Notes: a model not told the origin generated them from the sequence alone. A stretch of 32,000 bases of DNA from Candidatus Heimdallarchaeota archaeon (GCA_030614005.1 JAUWKS010000004.1:83438-115437); one strand, 5' to 3'; positions 16,787 through 27,394 are shown, numbered from the stretch's first letter. Numbers and translations: made by a program.

Positions 16787-18850
16787 CTATTCAGTTTTCG
16801 TTACTTTTTCTGCTGCTTCCTCTGCAGCTTTTTGTGCGGCTTTCTTCACTTCTTTTGCAAGCACCTCCTCAGCTACCTCTTCAGCTGCTTCTTTAGCAGC
16901 TTTCATAGCAACTTTTTTGATCTCTTTTTCTACGACCTCAGCAGCGGTTTCTTCAGCAACCTTTGTTGCAACTCGTTTTCCGCTTCGTTCAACAGCTTTC
17001 TGAGCAGCTTTCTCTGCAACCTCTTTTGCTGCTTCTTCCGCAGCTTCTTTTACCATCTTCTCAGGTTCTTCAATAATTACAGTTTCTGCTATTGCAGTGT
17101 TTACTGCTTTTTTAGCTGCTCGTTCTGATTCACCTTTAATTGCGTCCTTAACAACGGAAGCAACCTCTTCTCTAACCTTTTTCTCAACAGCTTTTGTGGC
17201 TTTCTTTCGTACTTCTACAGATTGTTCTTCCACTTTTTCATCAGCAGCTTCCTTTGCTGCTTTAGTAACTTTTTGACGAGCAGCTTCAACGGATTTCTTT
17301 GTTGCGGCTTCCGTTGCTTCTTGAAGAACTTTTGTGGTTTCTTTCTTGGAGAGATCAGGCCGTTCTGCTTTAATAGATTCAACAGCTTCAGAAACAACTT
17401 CAGAGATTATTTTATCTGCAAGATCATTGGTAACCTTATCTGCTACTTCCTCTACTACTTCTTCAACAGCTTTCTTTGAAAGTTTACCAGTAGCTTTTAC
17501 AGTTGCCTTTTCAGCGACTTCTTTTGCAGCTTTCTTTGAAACCTCTTTTGCTACTTCATTAGAAACCTCTTCTGTAACTTTTTCTACTACTTCATCACTT
17601 ACTGCTTCGGCAGCTTTTTTCGTTGCTTCTAGCTCGGCAACTTTTTCTACGACGGCTTCTTCCTCGCGTTTTTGAAATGCTGAACAAGCGTCTTTCAAAC
17701 CAGTGAAAATAATGGTATCACCAGCACGAATCTTAGTTCGTCTTCTTGGTTTGAAGTAGTAACCACCAACACGCTTAACAGCTAGTACACGAATTCCGAA
17801 GTCATCCAAATAATTGCCAGCAGGAACAGTTTTGCCAACAATAAGAGATAGTTCTTCAACTCGTTTCTCAAAAAGATTCTCAGATGATTCACCTATCACC
17901 AATTGAATAATTGGATGGGAAGGTAATTCTGCTAGAACAATCTTAGCAATTTGATTTGCAGCATCAGAAATATCTTCAAAAGCTTCCACAATGCGATATA
18001 ACCCTTGCAGAGAGGATATGTCTTCTTTTGGTTCCTTCGCAAGTCGCAAAATTGCTACTTCTGCTTTATTTCGTATAGTATCAACACGCTTTTCCATATT
18101 GGTTACGAGCTGGGCTAATTCTTTATTATTGTAGAGAACGGCACCATAAGCGAGATCAACCATTATTTCACTCGTATCTTTGAGTGCAATCATATAATCA
18201 ACAATATTATCTTGTAAAGATTCAACAGCTAAATCAGCTTCATCTTCATCAGGTGGACTAATTTCTTCTGCTGTACCACCAACTAATAATTTCAATAAAC
18301 TAATGCCAGAACTTGAGCCACTTGCAATAATAGTATCACCAGACTCTAGTTCCATACTTTCATCAGGGAGAATGAGCCATTTTCCACCACGTCTGACAGC
18401 AAAAATCGCTATTGAGTAATTCATTTTTTCAATAATGAATTTCAACGAATAACCATTGAGAATAGACTCTTCTGAAATTTTACCTTTACATAAATCTCGG
18501 GCAAATTTCTGCGCAAGCTCTTTTATAGTGGGATGAATTCCAAACCCTTTTACTAAAACATGAGCAATATCTGCCGCGGAATTAGCGATATCTATACTGG
18601 CTTGTCCTATAACAACTAGAGGAAGTGTTGCTTGAGCATCTTTTCCATCTCTGACAGCAACTTGTAAAGACATTGTTAACAAATAGTTATAATTGATAAC
18701 AAGATCTCGAATTTCATCTACTTGGTCTGCAAGGCCTTTATCTTCAAAAAGAACTGCACCATATGCAAGATCAACCATAATACTGCAGAGATCCTTAATT
18801 TCTTTAAGGGCATCTTTAGCAGAAATTGGTTCGTATGTTACTTTAGGCAT
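16787..18850 (-). CDS. Tandem (PhoU-TrkA_C)x2 regulatory protein with a long Ala/Glu/Lys/Val-rich C-terminal tail
   Basis: Two copies of MVDLAYGAVL (PhoU-like helical hairpin), each followed by an IFAVRRGG / VLAVKRVGG ... GDTII TrkA_C (RCK_C) segment; aa ~395-687 are low complexity. Confidence 0.85.
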   Translation of the reverse strand: MPKVTYEPISAKDALKEIKDLCSIMVDLAYGAVLFEDKGLADQVDEIRDLVINYNYLLTMSLQVAVRDGKDAQATLPLVVIGQASIDIANSAADIAHVLVKGFGIHPTIKELAQKFARDLCKGKISEESILNGYSLKFIIEKMNYSIAIFAVRRGGKWLILPDESMELESGDTIIASGSSSGISLLKLLVGGTAEEISPPDEDEADLAVESLQDNIVDYMIALKDTSEIMVDLAYGAVLYNNKELAQLVTNMEKRVDTIRNKAEVAILRLAKEPKEDISSLQGLYRIVEAFEDISDAANQIAKIVLAELPSHPIIQLVIGESSENLFEKRVEELSLIVGKTVPAGNYLDDFGIRVLAVKRVGGYYFKPRRRTKIRAGDTIIFTGLKDACSAFQKREEEAVVEKVAELEATKKAAEAVSDEVVEKVTEEVSNEVAKEVSKKAAKEVAEKATVKATGKLSKKAVEEVVEEVADKVTNDLADKIISEVVSEAVESIKAERPDLSKKETTKVLQEATEAATKKSVEAARQKVTKAAKEAADEKVEEQSVEVRKKATKAVEKKVREEVASVVKDAIKGESERAAKKAVNTAIAETVIIEEPEKMVKEAAEEAAKEVAEKAAQKAVERSGKRVATKVAEETAAEVVEKEIKKVAMKAAKEAAEEVAEEVLAKEVKKAAQKAAEEAAEKVTKTE
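16790..17670 (-). repeat. Protein-level tetrad repeat region (V/A every 4th residue)
   Basis: For example EVVEKVTEEVSNEVAKEVSKKAAKEVAEKA; AAKEVAEKA occurs twice. Confidence 0.75.
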
Positions 18851-18962
18851 GATTTTTTTCCATCCAAAAGAACTCTTTATTGAAAGAGGATATATGACCT
18901 ATTTTACTTTATCTCATATAAAAGTAATTGTAAAAAATAGAAGGAAAGAAAAAAAAAGAGAA

Positions 18963-19805
18963 TTAAAGAATGAAGGGAATGAGTGCCTTTCGATTTTCAG
19001 GATAATCCTCAAATGTTTCTTTATACCACTTATGATGAGATATTGCTCGAGGCAATAGATTTGCTGTCGTCCAAATAACAAAAGTTAACCCTGATAAAGA
19101 CCAAATTAGAACCGCCCAACCAATCCACTCCATTATTTCACCAAGATAATTTGGACAAGAAACACGATTATAGAGTCCGCCATAGGGAATTTGATAAGCT
19201 CTACCATTCGACGCTTTACGCAATCCTCGGAGGGTGATATCAGATCGTTTATTGATATAATATCCGACTAGAAATATCACAACGCCAATAATAAATTGAG
19301 GGGAATACAACCAAGCAGTTGAATAAGTAACATTTGATATTGGAAAGAGCAATTGTTCAGCATAAATTGAATCTGAAAGAGTAAAGAGCCATCTTCCTTG
19401 TATGTAAACATTTGAAAGATTAAATATAAAGCCCATTGAGACAACAGAAATAGGCATTGTCTTACCATTGCGTATTTGAAATGGGTAAATAAAAACTCGG
19501 TGACCATAATGTAAAAACCAAATAAATAAAATTACAAAATAGGTCCACTTAATGGTTCCATTGACATGCCATTTATCACTAAAAATAAAACACAATCCCA
19601 TTACTAATATTGTTGGAACTTCCATTATGAACCAACCTAGATGAGTGTTAATTTTAGGTCCCCAATTTTTCTTCTGGTGACGTCCATAACCAGCAGTAAT
19701 AAAGAACAGTATTACAAAAATGCCTACCGCTAATGCAGTTACGACAATTAGTAATATGCTGTAGAATAAAGGTTCATTTGGAAATAGTAAACTGGTATAA
19801 ACCAT
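18963..19805 (-). CDS. 3-oxo-5-alpha-steroid 4-dehydrogenase (steroid 5-alpha-reductase, SRD5A1/2/DET2-like) membrane reductase
   Basis: AGYGRH, GWFIMEVP, HYGHR, GGLYNRVSCPNYLGEIMEW, NLLPRAISHHKWY and RKALIPF motifs. Confidence 0.92.
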   Translation of the reverse strand: MVYTSLLFPNEPLFYSILLIVVTALAVGIFVILFFITAGYGRHQKKNWGPKINTHLGWFIMEVPTILVMGLCFIFSDKWHVNGTIKWTYFVILFIWFLHYGHRVFIYPFQIRNGKTMPISVVSMGFIFNLSNVYIQGRWLFTLSDSIYAEQLLFPISNVTYSTAWLYSPQFIIGVVIFLVGYYINKRSDITLRGLRKASNGRAYQIPYGGLYNRVSCPNYLGEIMEWIGWAVLIWSLSGLTFVIWTTANLLPRAISHHKWYKETFEDYPENRKALIPFIL

Positions 19806-19996
19806 AGCTGTAATCGACTCATATAGTTGGCTAAGATAGAATAAATAACCTAATATCCAATTAGCGAATACTGAAACATAGATACATCTATTTGACTATC
19901 TCACGGTTATTCTACAAATAACCAATTTTAAGTTTTTCCGAAATAAACGGTCATTTCTGTGATAAAATCCTTTAAGATAAGAGCTAAGATATACTC

Positions 19997-20072
19997 GGGT
20001 TCGCTCATACCTTAAACTTTACAGAGAAAGGATACTCCTATCAATGATGTAGAAAGAGTCAAGGGCGAACTC
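19997..20072 (+). ncRNA. Candidate structured RNA or DNA element (76 nt), family unassigned
   Basis: GGGTTCGCTC (19997-20006) pairs with GGGCGAACTC (20063-20072) over 10 bp with two G-U pairs on the + strand; internal hairpins are possible; TTTAAGAT lies ~25 nt upstream. Confidence 0.25.
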
Positions 20073-20076
20073 ACAA

Positions 20077-20802
20077 TTAATCCATTTTCAAAGTTTTTGC
20101 ATTTGCAATATTGGAATCAATGATTTCTTGGGCATGCGGGTTTATTTCAAATCCAAGATAATTTCGTTGTAATTTAATGCTAGCGACAGCAGTTGTTCCA
20201 TTCCCCATAAAAGGATCCAGCACAACATCTCCTGGTTTACTAGAATATTGTATTAATTTTTCAACAAGCTGATCAGGTAATTTTGTTGAATTCTTCTTTT
20301 TGCCAGGGAGATATTCTCTCTTTATTTCCCAAACATCCTCGGGGTAGTGATCAACTTTGTTAAAATAATATTTCTTTTTATTTTTAACAAGAAATAAAAT
20401 GTGATAATGACTTGTGACATATTTCCTTTTAGTAAATACTCCAAATTGATATTTCCAGATTATATGATTTTGAGTTATAAAACCTGCTTCATCAATAGCA
20501 ATTAGCATGTCCTTCAAGTTGGTCCAACCTGAAATAATATAAGCACTTCCAGTTTCTTTCAAAACAGGATAGATTGCCTTCAACCAAGAACGAGAGAATT
20601 CAAGATAATTTGCTTGGGTTATTTCAGTATATCCTGAAACAACAAACTCACTTTTTCTGTTATATTGGGCCCCTTTTCCATCGAATTTTATTCCAAAGGG
20701 GGGATCAGCGATAATTAAGTCAATAGAATTCTCAGGTACTCTCTTACTTATATTAGATATACAATCTTCATAATAGATAGTGTTTAATTCCATTGTTCTC
20801 AA
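20077..20802 (-). CDS. Site-specific DNA amino-methyltransferase (N6A/N4C, beta class), orphan
   Basis: Catalytic DPPF near the N-terminus, SAM-binding DPFMGNGTT near the C-terminus; no endonuclease gene adjacent. Confidence 0.9.
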   Translation of the reverse strand: MRTMELNTIYYEDCISNISKRVPENSIDLIIADPPFGIKFDGKGAQYNRKSEFVVSGYTEITQANYLEFSRSWLKAIYPVLKETGSAYIISGWTNLKDMLIAIDEAGFITQNHIIWKYQFGVFTKRKYVTSHYHILFLVKNKKKYYFNKVDHYPEDVWEIKREYLPGKKKNSTKLPDQLVEKLIQYSSKPGDVVLDPFMGNGTTAVASIKLQRNYLGFEINPHAQEIIDSNIANAKTLKMD

Positions 20803-21086
20803 ACCAAATTACTATTCTTCTTTCTTATTTCTTCTGCTTACTTTGGCAGCAGAAGGAATACTTTCGGCACCCTCTCTAGAATCAGCTATTAATCGTATAA
20901 ATAGTAACTATTTCTGTATATGAATCCTATAGCAGAAATTAAAGACAAGACTTTAATTAGGATTGATATCCACAGTTACCTACTCATGACAAAAATTGGT
21001 TTATAATTTTGTATGTCATGAAAATAGCCGAGGTGGGTAACCTCACTCTTTAAAAAATTACCAGCTTTGTCGAGGATAACATAGTT

Positions 21087-24000
21087 TTGACTTCAGAGGA
21101 GATTCGAGAACATATAATAATCAAAGGCGCCAAACAACATAATCTCAAAAATATTGATATAGAAATTCCAAGAGATAAATTTGTTGTACTTACAGGGGTT
21201 TCCGGATCAGGAAAATCATCTTTAGCTTTTGATACAATTTTTGCAGAGGGGCAAAGAAGGTATATTGAGTCCCTTTCAGCTTATGCAAGGCAATTTATGT
21301 CACAGATGACAAAACCGGATGTTGAATCTATAGAAGGCCTTTCTCCTACAGTATCAATTAGCCAAAAAACAACCAGCTATAATCCAAGGAGTACGGTGGG
21401 TACTGTAACAGAGATTTATGATTTCCTCAGAGTATTATATGCCCGAGTTGGTATTCCGCATTGTCCTAATTGTGAAATTGAAATTAAAGCTCAAACAATA
21501 ACAAATATTGTAGATCAAATACTAGTTACTTATGCTGATAAAGAAATAATGATTCTTGCACCTATTATTCGGGATCGAAAAGGAGAATATCGTAAAGAAC
21601 TAAAGGGGTTATTAGAAGCAGGTTACTCTCGAGCACGAATCGATTACGAAATTAAGAGGCTAGATGAGTTAACTTCTGAAGAAATGACCCTCTCGAGATA
21701 TTATAGACACACAATAGAAGCAGTCATTGATAGATTTACTGTCAGTAAAGAGGAAGAAGATCGATTAGCAGAATCTATAGAACATGCAACAAATATGGCT
21801 GATGGATTAGTTACCATAACAACTTCTGATGCAACAAATGCTATGAGAAAAATGTCTCAAACAAAAAAGAAGGAACAGAAAATAGAATTGGAAAAAGAAA
21901 CAAAATATGAGAAACTATTTTCAGTGCACCTTGCATGCCCAAAATGTAACCTAAGTTTTCCGAAACTAGAACCCAGGAATTTTTCGTTCAACACAATTCA
22001 TGGAGCTTGTTCGACTTGCAAAGGACTTGGAACAACTATTGAATACGATCCTAAATTGTTAATTGTAGATAGCAATTTATCATTAATTGAAGGAGCATTA
22101 GCTGATTATAATCAAGATACACAACGATTTAGAGTGTCAAATTTAAGTATCAATAGAATCAAAGCTGTTGTAGAGAAACTAGGTTTTACAATTAATACAC
22201 CATTGAAAGATTTAACAGAACAGCAATGGAATGATTTCTTCTACGGCCCCAAGAAGCCGATTCTTGTAGAATATGATTTCCACTGGGGAAATGAAACTAA
22301 GGGAATGGGTAGAGGAACTGCAAAAATTAAATATCAGGGGTTGCTCTCCCAGATGAAAAAGCGTTTTGAGAAAACTTCATCGCAATACATTCGTGATATG
22401 ATCCAAGAATTTACTCGACCAACAAATTGCCCTGATTGCGAAGGTTCGGGACTTCGAAAAGAAAGCAGATCAGTCATATTTAAAGGAAAAAGTATAAACG
22501 AACTCTCGAGTATGGCGATTTCACAATGTATCGAATTTTTTAATTCGATTAAGTTATTTGAAGTTGAAAAACAGATTGCTGAAGGATTATTAAAAGAAAT
22601 TAGAATGCGGTTAACATTTCTAGATAATGTTGGATTACCTTACCTAACACTCAGCCGAAGAGCAAATTCTTTGTCAGGGGGAGAAAGTCAAAGAATTAGG
22701 CTTGGAACACAGATTGGTTCAGGTTTGGAGGATGTTATATATATTCTAGATGAGCCGAGTATCGGATTACATAATAGAGATAATTTGAAACTCATTAATA
22801 CATTGCAAACATTGCGTGATAAAGGTAATACTGTCTTAGTATCAGAACATGACATTGATACAATGCTTGCAGCAGATTGGTTAATTGACATTGGTCCAAA
22901 AGCTGGGGAGTTTGGAGGAGAAGTCATTGCTGAAGGGCCTGCTGAGATAGTTGGTAAAGTGGATAAATCAATAACAGGTCAATATTTGATTGGAGAACAA
23001 AAAATTAAGGTTCCGAAGAAAAGACGAAAAGGAAACGGTGCAGTCCTCAAAGTGGTTGGAGCTGCAGAAAATAACCTCAAAGACATTGATGTTGAATTCC
23101 CATTAGGGATCTTTATTTGCGTCACGGGAGTGAGTGGTTCTGGAAAGAGTTCTTTAGTTTCCAATGTACTTTGGACAACATTAGCTCGTGAATTGAATAG
23201 AGCAAAAACTAAACCGGGAAAACATAAGACAATAACGGGATTTGAACATCTAGACAAAGTTATTTCTATTACACAAAAACCTATAGGGTACACTCCTCGC
23301 TCAGTTCCGGCAACATATACAAAACTTCTTGATCATATCAGAGATTTCTTTGCATCTTTGCCAATGGCTAAAGCGCGTGGATTCAAAAAAGGGCGGTTTT
23401 CCTTTAATACAAAACAGGGAAGATGTGAAGCTTGCAGAGGACTAGGTTATAATAGAGTAGAAATGCAATTCTTACCTAATGTTGAAGTTGAATGTGAAGT
23501 TTGTCGAGGCAAAAGATTTAGTGGAGAAACATTAGAAATAAAATATAGAGAGAAGAATATCTTCGAAATACTTGATATGACTGTTAATCAAGCACTTCTC
23601 TTTTTCAAAAATCATCCAAAGGTTGTTGTCATTCTTCAAACACTTCAAGATGTAGGATTAGGGTATATTAAACTTGGACAATCTTCAACTACTTTAAGTG
23701 GAGGAGAAGCTCAAAGAATCAAGATTTCAAAAGAATTAAGTAAAAAAGCAACAGGAAGAACGTTGTATCTATTAGAAGAACCTACTGTTGGGTTACATTC
23801 CTTTGATATTAACAATTTACTAATTGTATTAAATCGATTAGTCGATGCAGGAAATACAATAGTGGTAGTGGAACATAATCTTGATATGATCAAAAGTTCG
23901 GATTGGGTAATAGATTTAGGACCAGAAGGAGGAGAATTTGGTGGAGAAATAGTTGCTCAGGGAACACCTGAGAGTATAGCTAAGAATAAGGAATCGTATA

Positions 24001-26972
24001 CTGGTCAAGCTCTTAAGAAAGCATTAGATACTAGCTTATTAGTAAAACCGTCTTCTAAAGAAGGCAACTTAGTAGAAAGTACAAAAGCTAGAAGGAGCAG
24101 CAAACCTAAACAAAAAACCCATCTGTCAGTTTTCGGAGCAACAAAGAACAATCTGAAAAACATTGATGTCCACATACCAAAAAACGCTCTAACAGTAATA
24201 ACAGGAGTGAGTGGCTCAGGGAAATCTTCACTAGCACTTGATACAATATTCGCAGAAGGTCAAAGAAGGTTTGTCGAGTCGTTATCCACATATGCAAGAC
24301 AATTCTTAGGAAGAATGGATAGTGCAGATGTAGGAAAAATAACGGGATTATCACCAGCGATATCTATTGATCAGAAATCTGCAGGAAGAAACCCTCGTTC
24401 TACTGTGGGAACGATGACTGAAATTAACGACTATCTTCGTATACTTTTTGCTACCGTTGGTATAACATATTGTCCTCAATGTGGGAAAGATATTTCTCCA
24501 ACTCCTTTACAAGAAATGGTTCACAAAACCCTTGAATTAGGAGAAGGAGCAAAAATCAAAATCATCACTCCACTAGTTAAGAACTCAAAAGGAAACTACA
24601 AACCATTAATCAAAGAACTTATTCGAGAAGGCTTTACAAGGGTAATGATTAATGGAGAAGAAACGTTACTTGAAGATGTGAAATTTACTAATAAGAATAA
24701 AGAAAGCAAACATATTGTTATCGATAAAAACATCGCATATACCATTGATCTTATCGTTGATAGATTAAATGTGAGTACCGAGGATAAAGGACAATTATTT
24801 GATTCAATTGAAACTGCTCTAATTAAAAGTGATGGAGTAGTCAAAATAGCAGTTAATGGAACTGTATTAACATTCAGTACAAAAAGAGAATGTTTTGATT
24901 GTGAGGTAAAATTGCCAACAAAACTTTCACCGAAGATTTTCTCATTTAATTCTCACGTAGGAGCTTGTGAAAAATGTGCAGGATTGGGATCAATCAAGTC
25001 CATAGATCCGAAATTATTTGTCAAGGACTCGAATAAATCAGTAAGAGGAGGCGCGTTCGGTCCAATAACAGAGAATAAAGACGAAAATAGTTGGATATTA
25101 TCACTCATTACAAGTGTAGGAAAAGAATATGGTTTTACCATTGATACTCCCGTAAAAGACCTTACAAAAGAACAATATAATGTTTTACTCTATGGTGCTG
25201 ATCGAAAAATCAAACTTGTTAGAGATGTTAGTAGAAGGAGTTATTCCTATACATTTGAACGTGAAAGTGAATATAGTGGTTTGATACCAATTTATGAACG
25301 GTGGTTATCTAATACAACTTCTATGTGGTGGATAAATTGGATGGACAGATTTGCCAATATCCAAGTTTGTTCGGAATGCAACGGAGCAAGGTTAAAACCA
25401 ACTACTCTAGCTGTAAGAATAGCTGGTATAAATATTAAACAAATATCAGAATTGTCTCTGGGTGAAACTTATACATTCTTTGAAAATCTATCTTTTGGCG
25501 GAGCAGATCAAATAATAGCTCAAGGCTTAATAGAAGAAATACTAAATCGACTAAAGTTTTTGCAAGATGTTGGGTTAGAGTATCTAACCCTAAATAGAGA
25601 ATCACGAACACTCTCTGGAGGGGAAGCTCAAAGAATTCGCTTGGCAACTCAGATTGGAAACAAATTAGTGGGAGTATTATATGTTTTAGATGAACCAAGT
25701 ATAGGTTTGCATCCTCGAGACAATGAACGATTAATTAACACTTTGAGAGAACTGAAAGAACTTGGTAACACTGTAGTTGTAATAGAACATGATGAAGACA
25801 CAATAAGAAGTGCAGACCATATCATTGATTTAGGACCTGGTGCAGGTCAATTGGGAGGAGAAATAGTTGCAGAAGGTACACTTGACCAAATTATTGCAAA
25901 TAAAAAATCTCTAACAGGAAAGTACATTAGTGGAAAAAATTGCATACCTATCCCAGAAAAAAGAAGAAAAGGTAAAAAATACTTAACGCTTACCGGAGCA
26001 AAACAAAATAATCTGAAAGACATCACTGTTAAATTTCCTTTAGGAGTTTTTACAGGAATAACAGGAGTGAGCGGTTCTGGTAAAAGCTCCTTAGTAATAG
26101 AAACACTTCATAAAATCCTAAGTAGGGCTTATCACAGATCAAAGCAAATAGCAAACAATTACACTTCTTTTGATGGCTTAGAGCATCTTGACAAAGTAGT
26201 TCTTATCAATCAAGATGCAATAGGACGAACTCCAAGATCAAATCCAGCAACATATACCGGAGTATTTGAACCCATTAGGCAACTCTTTGCACGAATGCCC
26301 GAAGCAAAAATGAGAGGATATACCCTTTCCAGGTTTTCATATAATAGTTCAAAAGGGCGGTGTTCAGTTTGTAGAGGAAGAGGTGTTAAACGTGTCGAGA
26401 TGTTGTTTCTAAGTGATGTTGAGATAATTTGTGAAGAGTGTAAAGGTAAAAGGTTTAACAGGGAAACACTAAAAGTAAAATTCAAAGATAAAACAATTGC
26501 AGATGTTTTGCATATGACTATAGATGAAGCACTGGTATTTTTTGTTAATCAACCTAAGATAGCTAGAATTCTCCGAGTGATGCAAGACGTAGGGATGGGA
26601 TATATACAATTAGGACAATCTGCTACAACCTTATCAGGTGGTGAAGCTCAAAGAGTAAAACTAGCAGCTGAATTATGTAAACCTCAGACAGGGAAAACAC
26701 TTTACTTACTAGATGAGCCCACAGTTGGTTTAGCTGCATATGATGTTCATAAGCTTCTTAATATTTTGAACAAATTAGTAGACACAGGAAATTCAGTTAT
26801 TGTTATTGAGCATAATCTTGAAGTGATAAAATGTGCAGATTGGATTATTGATCTTGGACCTGAAGGAGGAGATAAGGGAGGAATGGTTGTTGCACAAGGT
26901 ACTCCTGAATCAATAGTGAAGAATGCAGATTCGCTTACAGGACAATTTCTAAATAAAATACTAACAAAATAA
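21087..26972 (+). CDS. uvrA: Double-length excinuclease ABC subunit A (two complete UvrA copies in one ORF)
   Basis: Four GVSGSGKSS Walker A motifs, four LSGGE signatures, and two FAEGQRR...SLS.YARQF segments. Copy 1 is ~21087-24030, a Ser/Lys-rich linker follows, and copy 2 starts at ~24118. Full Zn-finger sets in both copies. Confidence 0.95.
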   Translation: MTSEEIREHIIIKGAKQHNLKNIDIEIPRDKFVVLTGVSGSGKSSLAFDTIFAEGQRRYIESLSAYARQFMSQMTKPDVESIEGLSPTVSISQKTTSYNPRSTVGTVTEIYDFLRVLYARVGIPHCPNCEIEIKAQTITNIVDQILVTYADKEIMILAPIIRDRKGEYRKELKGLLEAGYSRARIDYEIKRLDELTSEEMTLSRYYRHTIEAVIDRFTVSKEEEDRLAESIEHATNMADGLVTITTSDATNAMRKMSQTKKKEQKIELEKETKYEKLFSVHLACPKCNLSFPKLEPRNFSFNTIHGACSTCKGLGTTIEYDPKLLIVDSNLSLIEGALADYNQDTQRFRVSNLSINRIKAVVEKLGFTINTPLKDLTEQQWNDFFYGPKKPILVEYDFHWGNETKGMGRGTAKIKYQGLLSQMKKRFEKTSSQYIRDMIQEFTRPTNCPDCEGSGLRKESRSVIFKGKSINELSSMAISQCIEFFNSIKLFEVEKQIAEGLLKEIRMRLTFLDNVGLPYLTLSRRANSLSGGESQRIRLGTQIGSGLEDVIYILDEPSIGLHNRDNLKLINTLQTLRDKGNTVLVSEHDIDTMLAADWLIDIGPKAGEFGGEVIAEGPAEIVGKVDKSITGQYLIGEQKIKVPKKRRKGNGAVLKVVGAAENNLKDIDVEFPLGIFICVTGVSGSGKSSLVSNVLWTTLARELNRAKTKPGKHKTITGFEHLDKVISITQKPIGYTPRSVPATYTKLLDHIRDFFASLPMAKARGFKKGRFSFNTKQGRCEACRGLGYNRVEMQFLPNVEVECEVCRGKRFSGETLEIKYREKNIFEILDMTVNQALLFFKNHPKVVVILQTLQDVGLGYIKLGQSSTTLSGGEAQRIKISKELSKKATGRTLYLLEEPTVGLHSFDINNLLIVLNRLVDAGNTIVVVEHNLDMIKSSDWVIDLGPEGGEFGGEIVAQGTPESIAKNKESYTGQALKKALDTSLLVKPSSKEGNLVESTKARRSSKPKQKTHLSVFGATKNNLKNIDVHIPKNALTVITGVSGSGKSSLALDTIFAEGQRRFVESLSTYARQFLGRMDSADVGKITGLSPAISIDQKSAGRNPRSTVGTMTEINDYLRILFATVGITYCPQCGKDISPTPLQEMVHKTLELGEGAKIKIITPLVKNSKGNYKPLIKELIREGFTRVMINGEETLLEDVKFTNKNKESKHIVIDKNIAYTIDLIVDRLNVSTEDKGQLFDSIETALIKSDGVVKIAVNGTVLTFSTKRECFDCEVKLPTKLSPKIFSFNSHVGACEKCAGLGSIKSIDPKLFVKDSNKSVRGGAFGPITENKDENSWILSLITSVGKEYGFTIDTPVKDLTKEQYNVLLYGADRKIKLVRDVSRRSYSYTFERESEYSGLIPIYERWLSNTTSMWWINWMDRFANIQVCSECNGARLKPTTLAVRIAGINIKQISELSLGETYTFFENLSFGGADQIIAQGLIEEILNRLKFLQDVGLEYLTLNRESRTLSGGEAQRIRLATQIGNKLVGVLYVLDEPSIGLHPRDNERLINTLRELKELGNTVVVIEHDEDTIRSADHIIDLGPGAGQLGGEIVAEGTLDQIIANKKSLTGKYISGKNCIPIPEKRRKGKKYLTLTGAKQNNLKDITVKFPLGVFTGITGVSGSGKSSLVIETLHKILSRAYHRSKQIANNYTSFDGLEHLDKVVLINQDAIGRTPRSNPATYTGVFEPIRQLFARMPEAKMRGYTLSRFSYNSSKGRCSVCRGRGVKRVEMLFLSDVEIICEECKGKRFNRETLKVKFKDKTIADVLHMTIDEALVFFVNQPKIARILRVMQDVGMGYIQLGQSATTLSGGEAQRVKLAAELCKPQTGKTLYLLDEPTVGLAAYDVHKLLNILNKLVDTGNSVIVIEHNLEVIKCADWIIDLGPEGGDKGGMVVAQGTPESIVKNADSLTGQFLNKILTK

Positions 26973-27059
26973 GAATCAATTTGATAACTATACTAGCTAG
27001 TTTTAGCTAATATTACAAATCTTTTAAAAGAATTAATGTTTGAATATAATTGAGCGCAT

Positions 27060-27371
27060 TTGATTATGGCTAATTTAGATACTTCAATAAGACGATATGC
27101 TAACTCTCAAGAGTCTAATTACATCGAAGTTTGCAGCTGTATAGACCCTGAAAGGTGCCTAAGATTAGATATTGCTACAAAAACATATTATGGTGCCATT
27201 GGATGCAATGAAAAAAATGCTTGCGCAATTTTACAAATAAACAAACATAAAATCACCATTTCAAATAAAAGAAGAAGACTACTTGACCCATCTTTTTCTC
27301 AGAAAAAGAAAAATTTCAAGATAATGAAAGGTCCCAATGATCAAACTCTAGATCAATTCTTTGGAAAATAG
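27060..27371 (+). CDS. Small Cys-containing basic protein with a C-terminal PIP-box-like motif
   Basis: 103-aa ORF filling the gap after uvrA; five Cys; ends DQTLDQFFGK; start at TTG 27060 or ATG 27066. Confidence 0.55.
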   Translation: MIMANLDTSIRRYANSQESNYIEVCSCIDPERCLRLDIATKTYYGAIGCNEKNACAILQINKHKITISNKRRRLLDPSFSQKKKNFKIMKGPNDQTLDQFFGK

Positions 27372-27394
27372 GATTTACTGGCATTCATTTGTAT

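Noticed and set aside
16832-17675. Several Phe/Ser/Cys-rich + strand ORFs
   Set aside because: Antisense shadows of the A/E/K-rich tail.
19997-20072. tRNA (including tRNA-Sec) or SECIS interpretation of the 76-nt element
   Set aside because: No T-arm/TTC loop or D-arm; no upstream gene with an in-frame UGA on either strand.
20831-20855. Hairpin CTTCTGCT-N9-AGCAGAAG and a short open frame upstream of the MTase
   Set aside because: The open frame lacks a start codon; a single 8-bp stem has no supporting context.
22688-26485. Short minus-strand ORFs within uvrA
   Set aside because: Antisense shadows with no recognisable domains.
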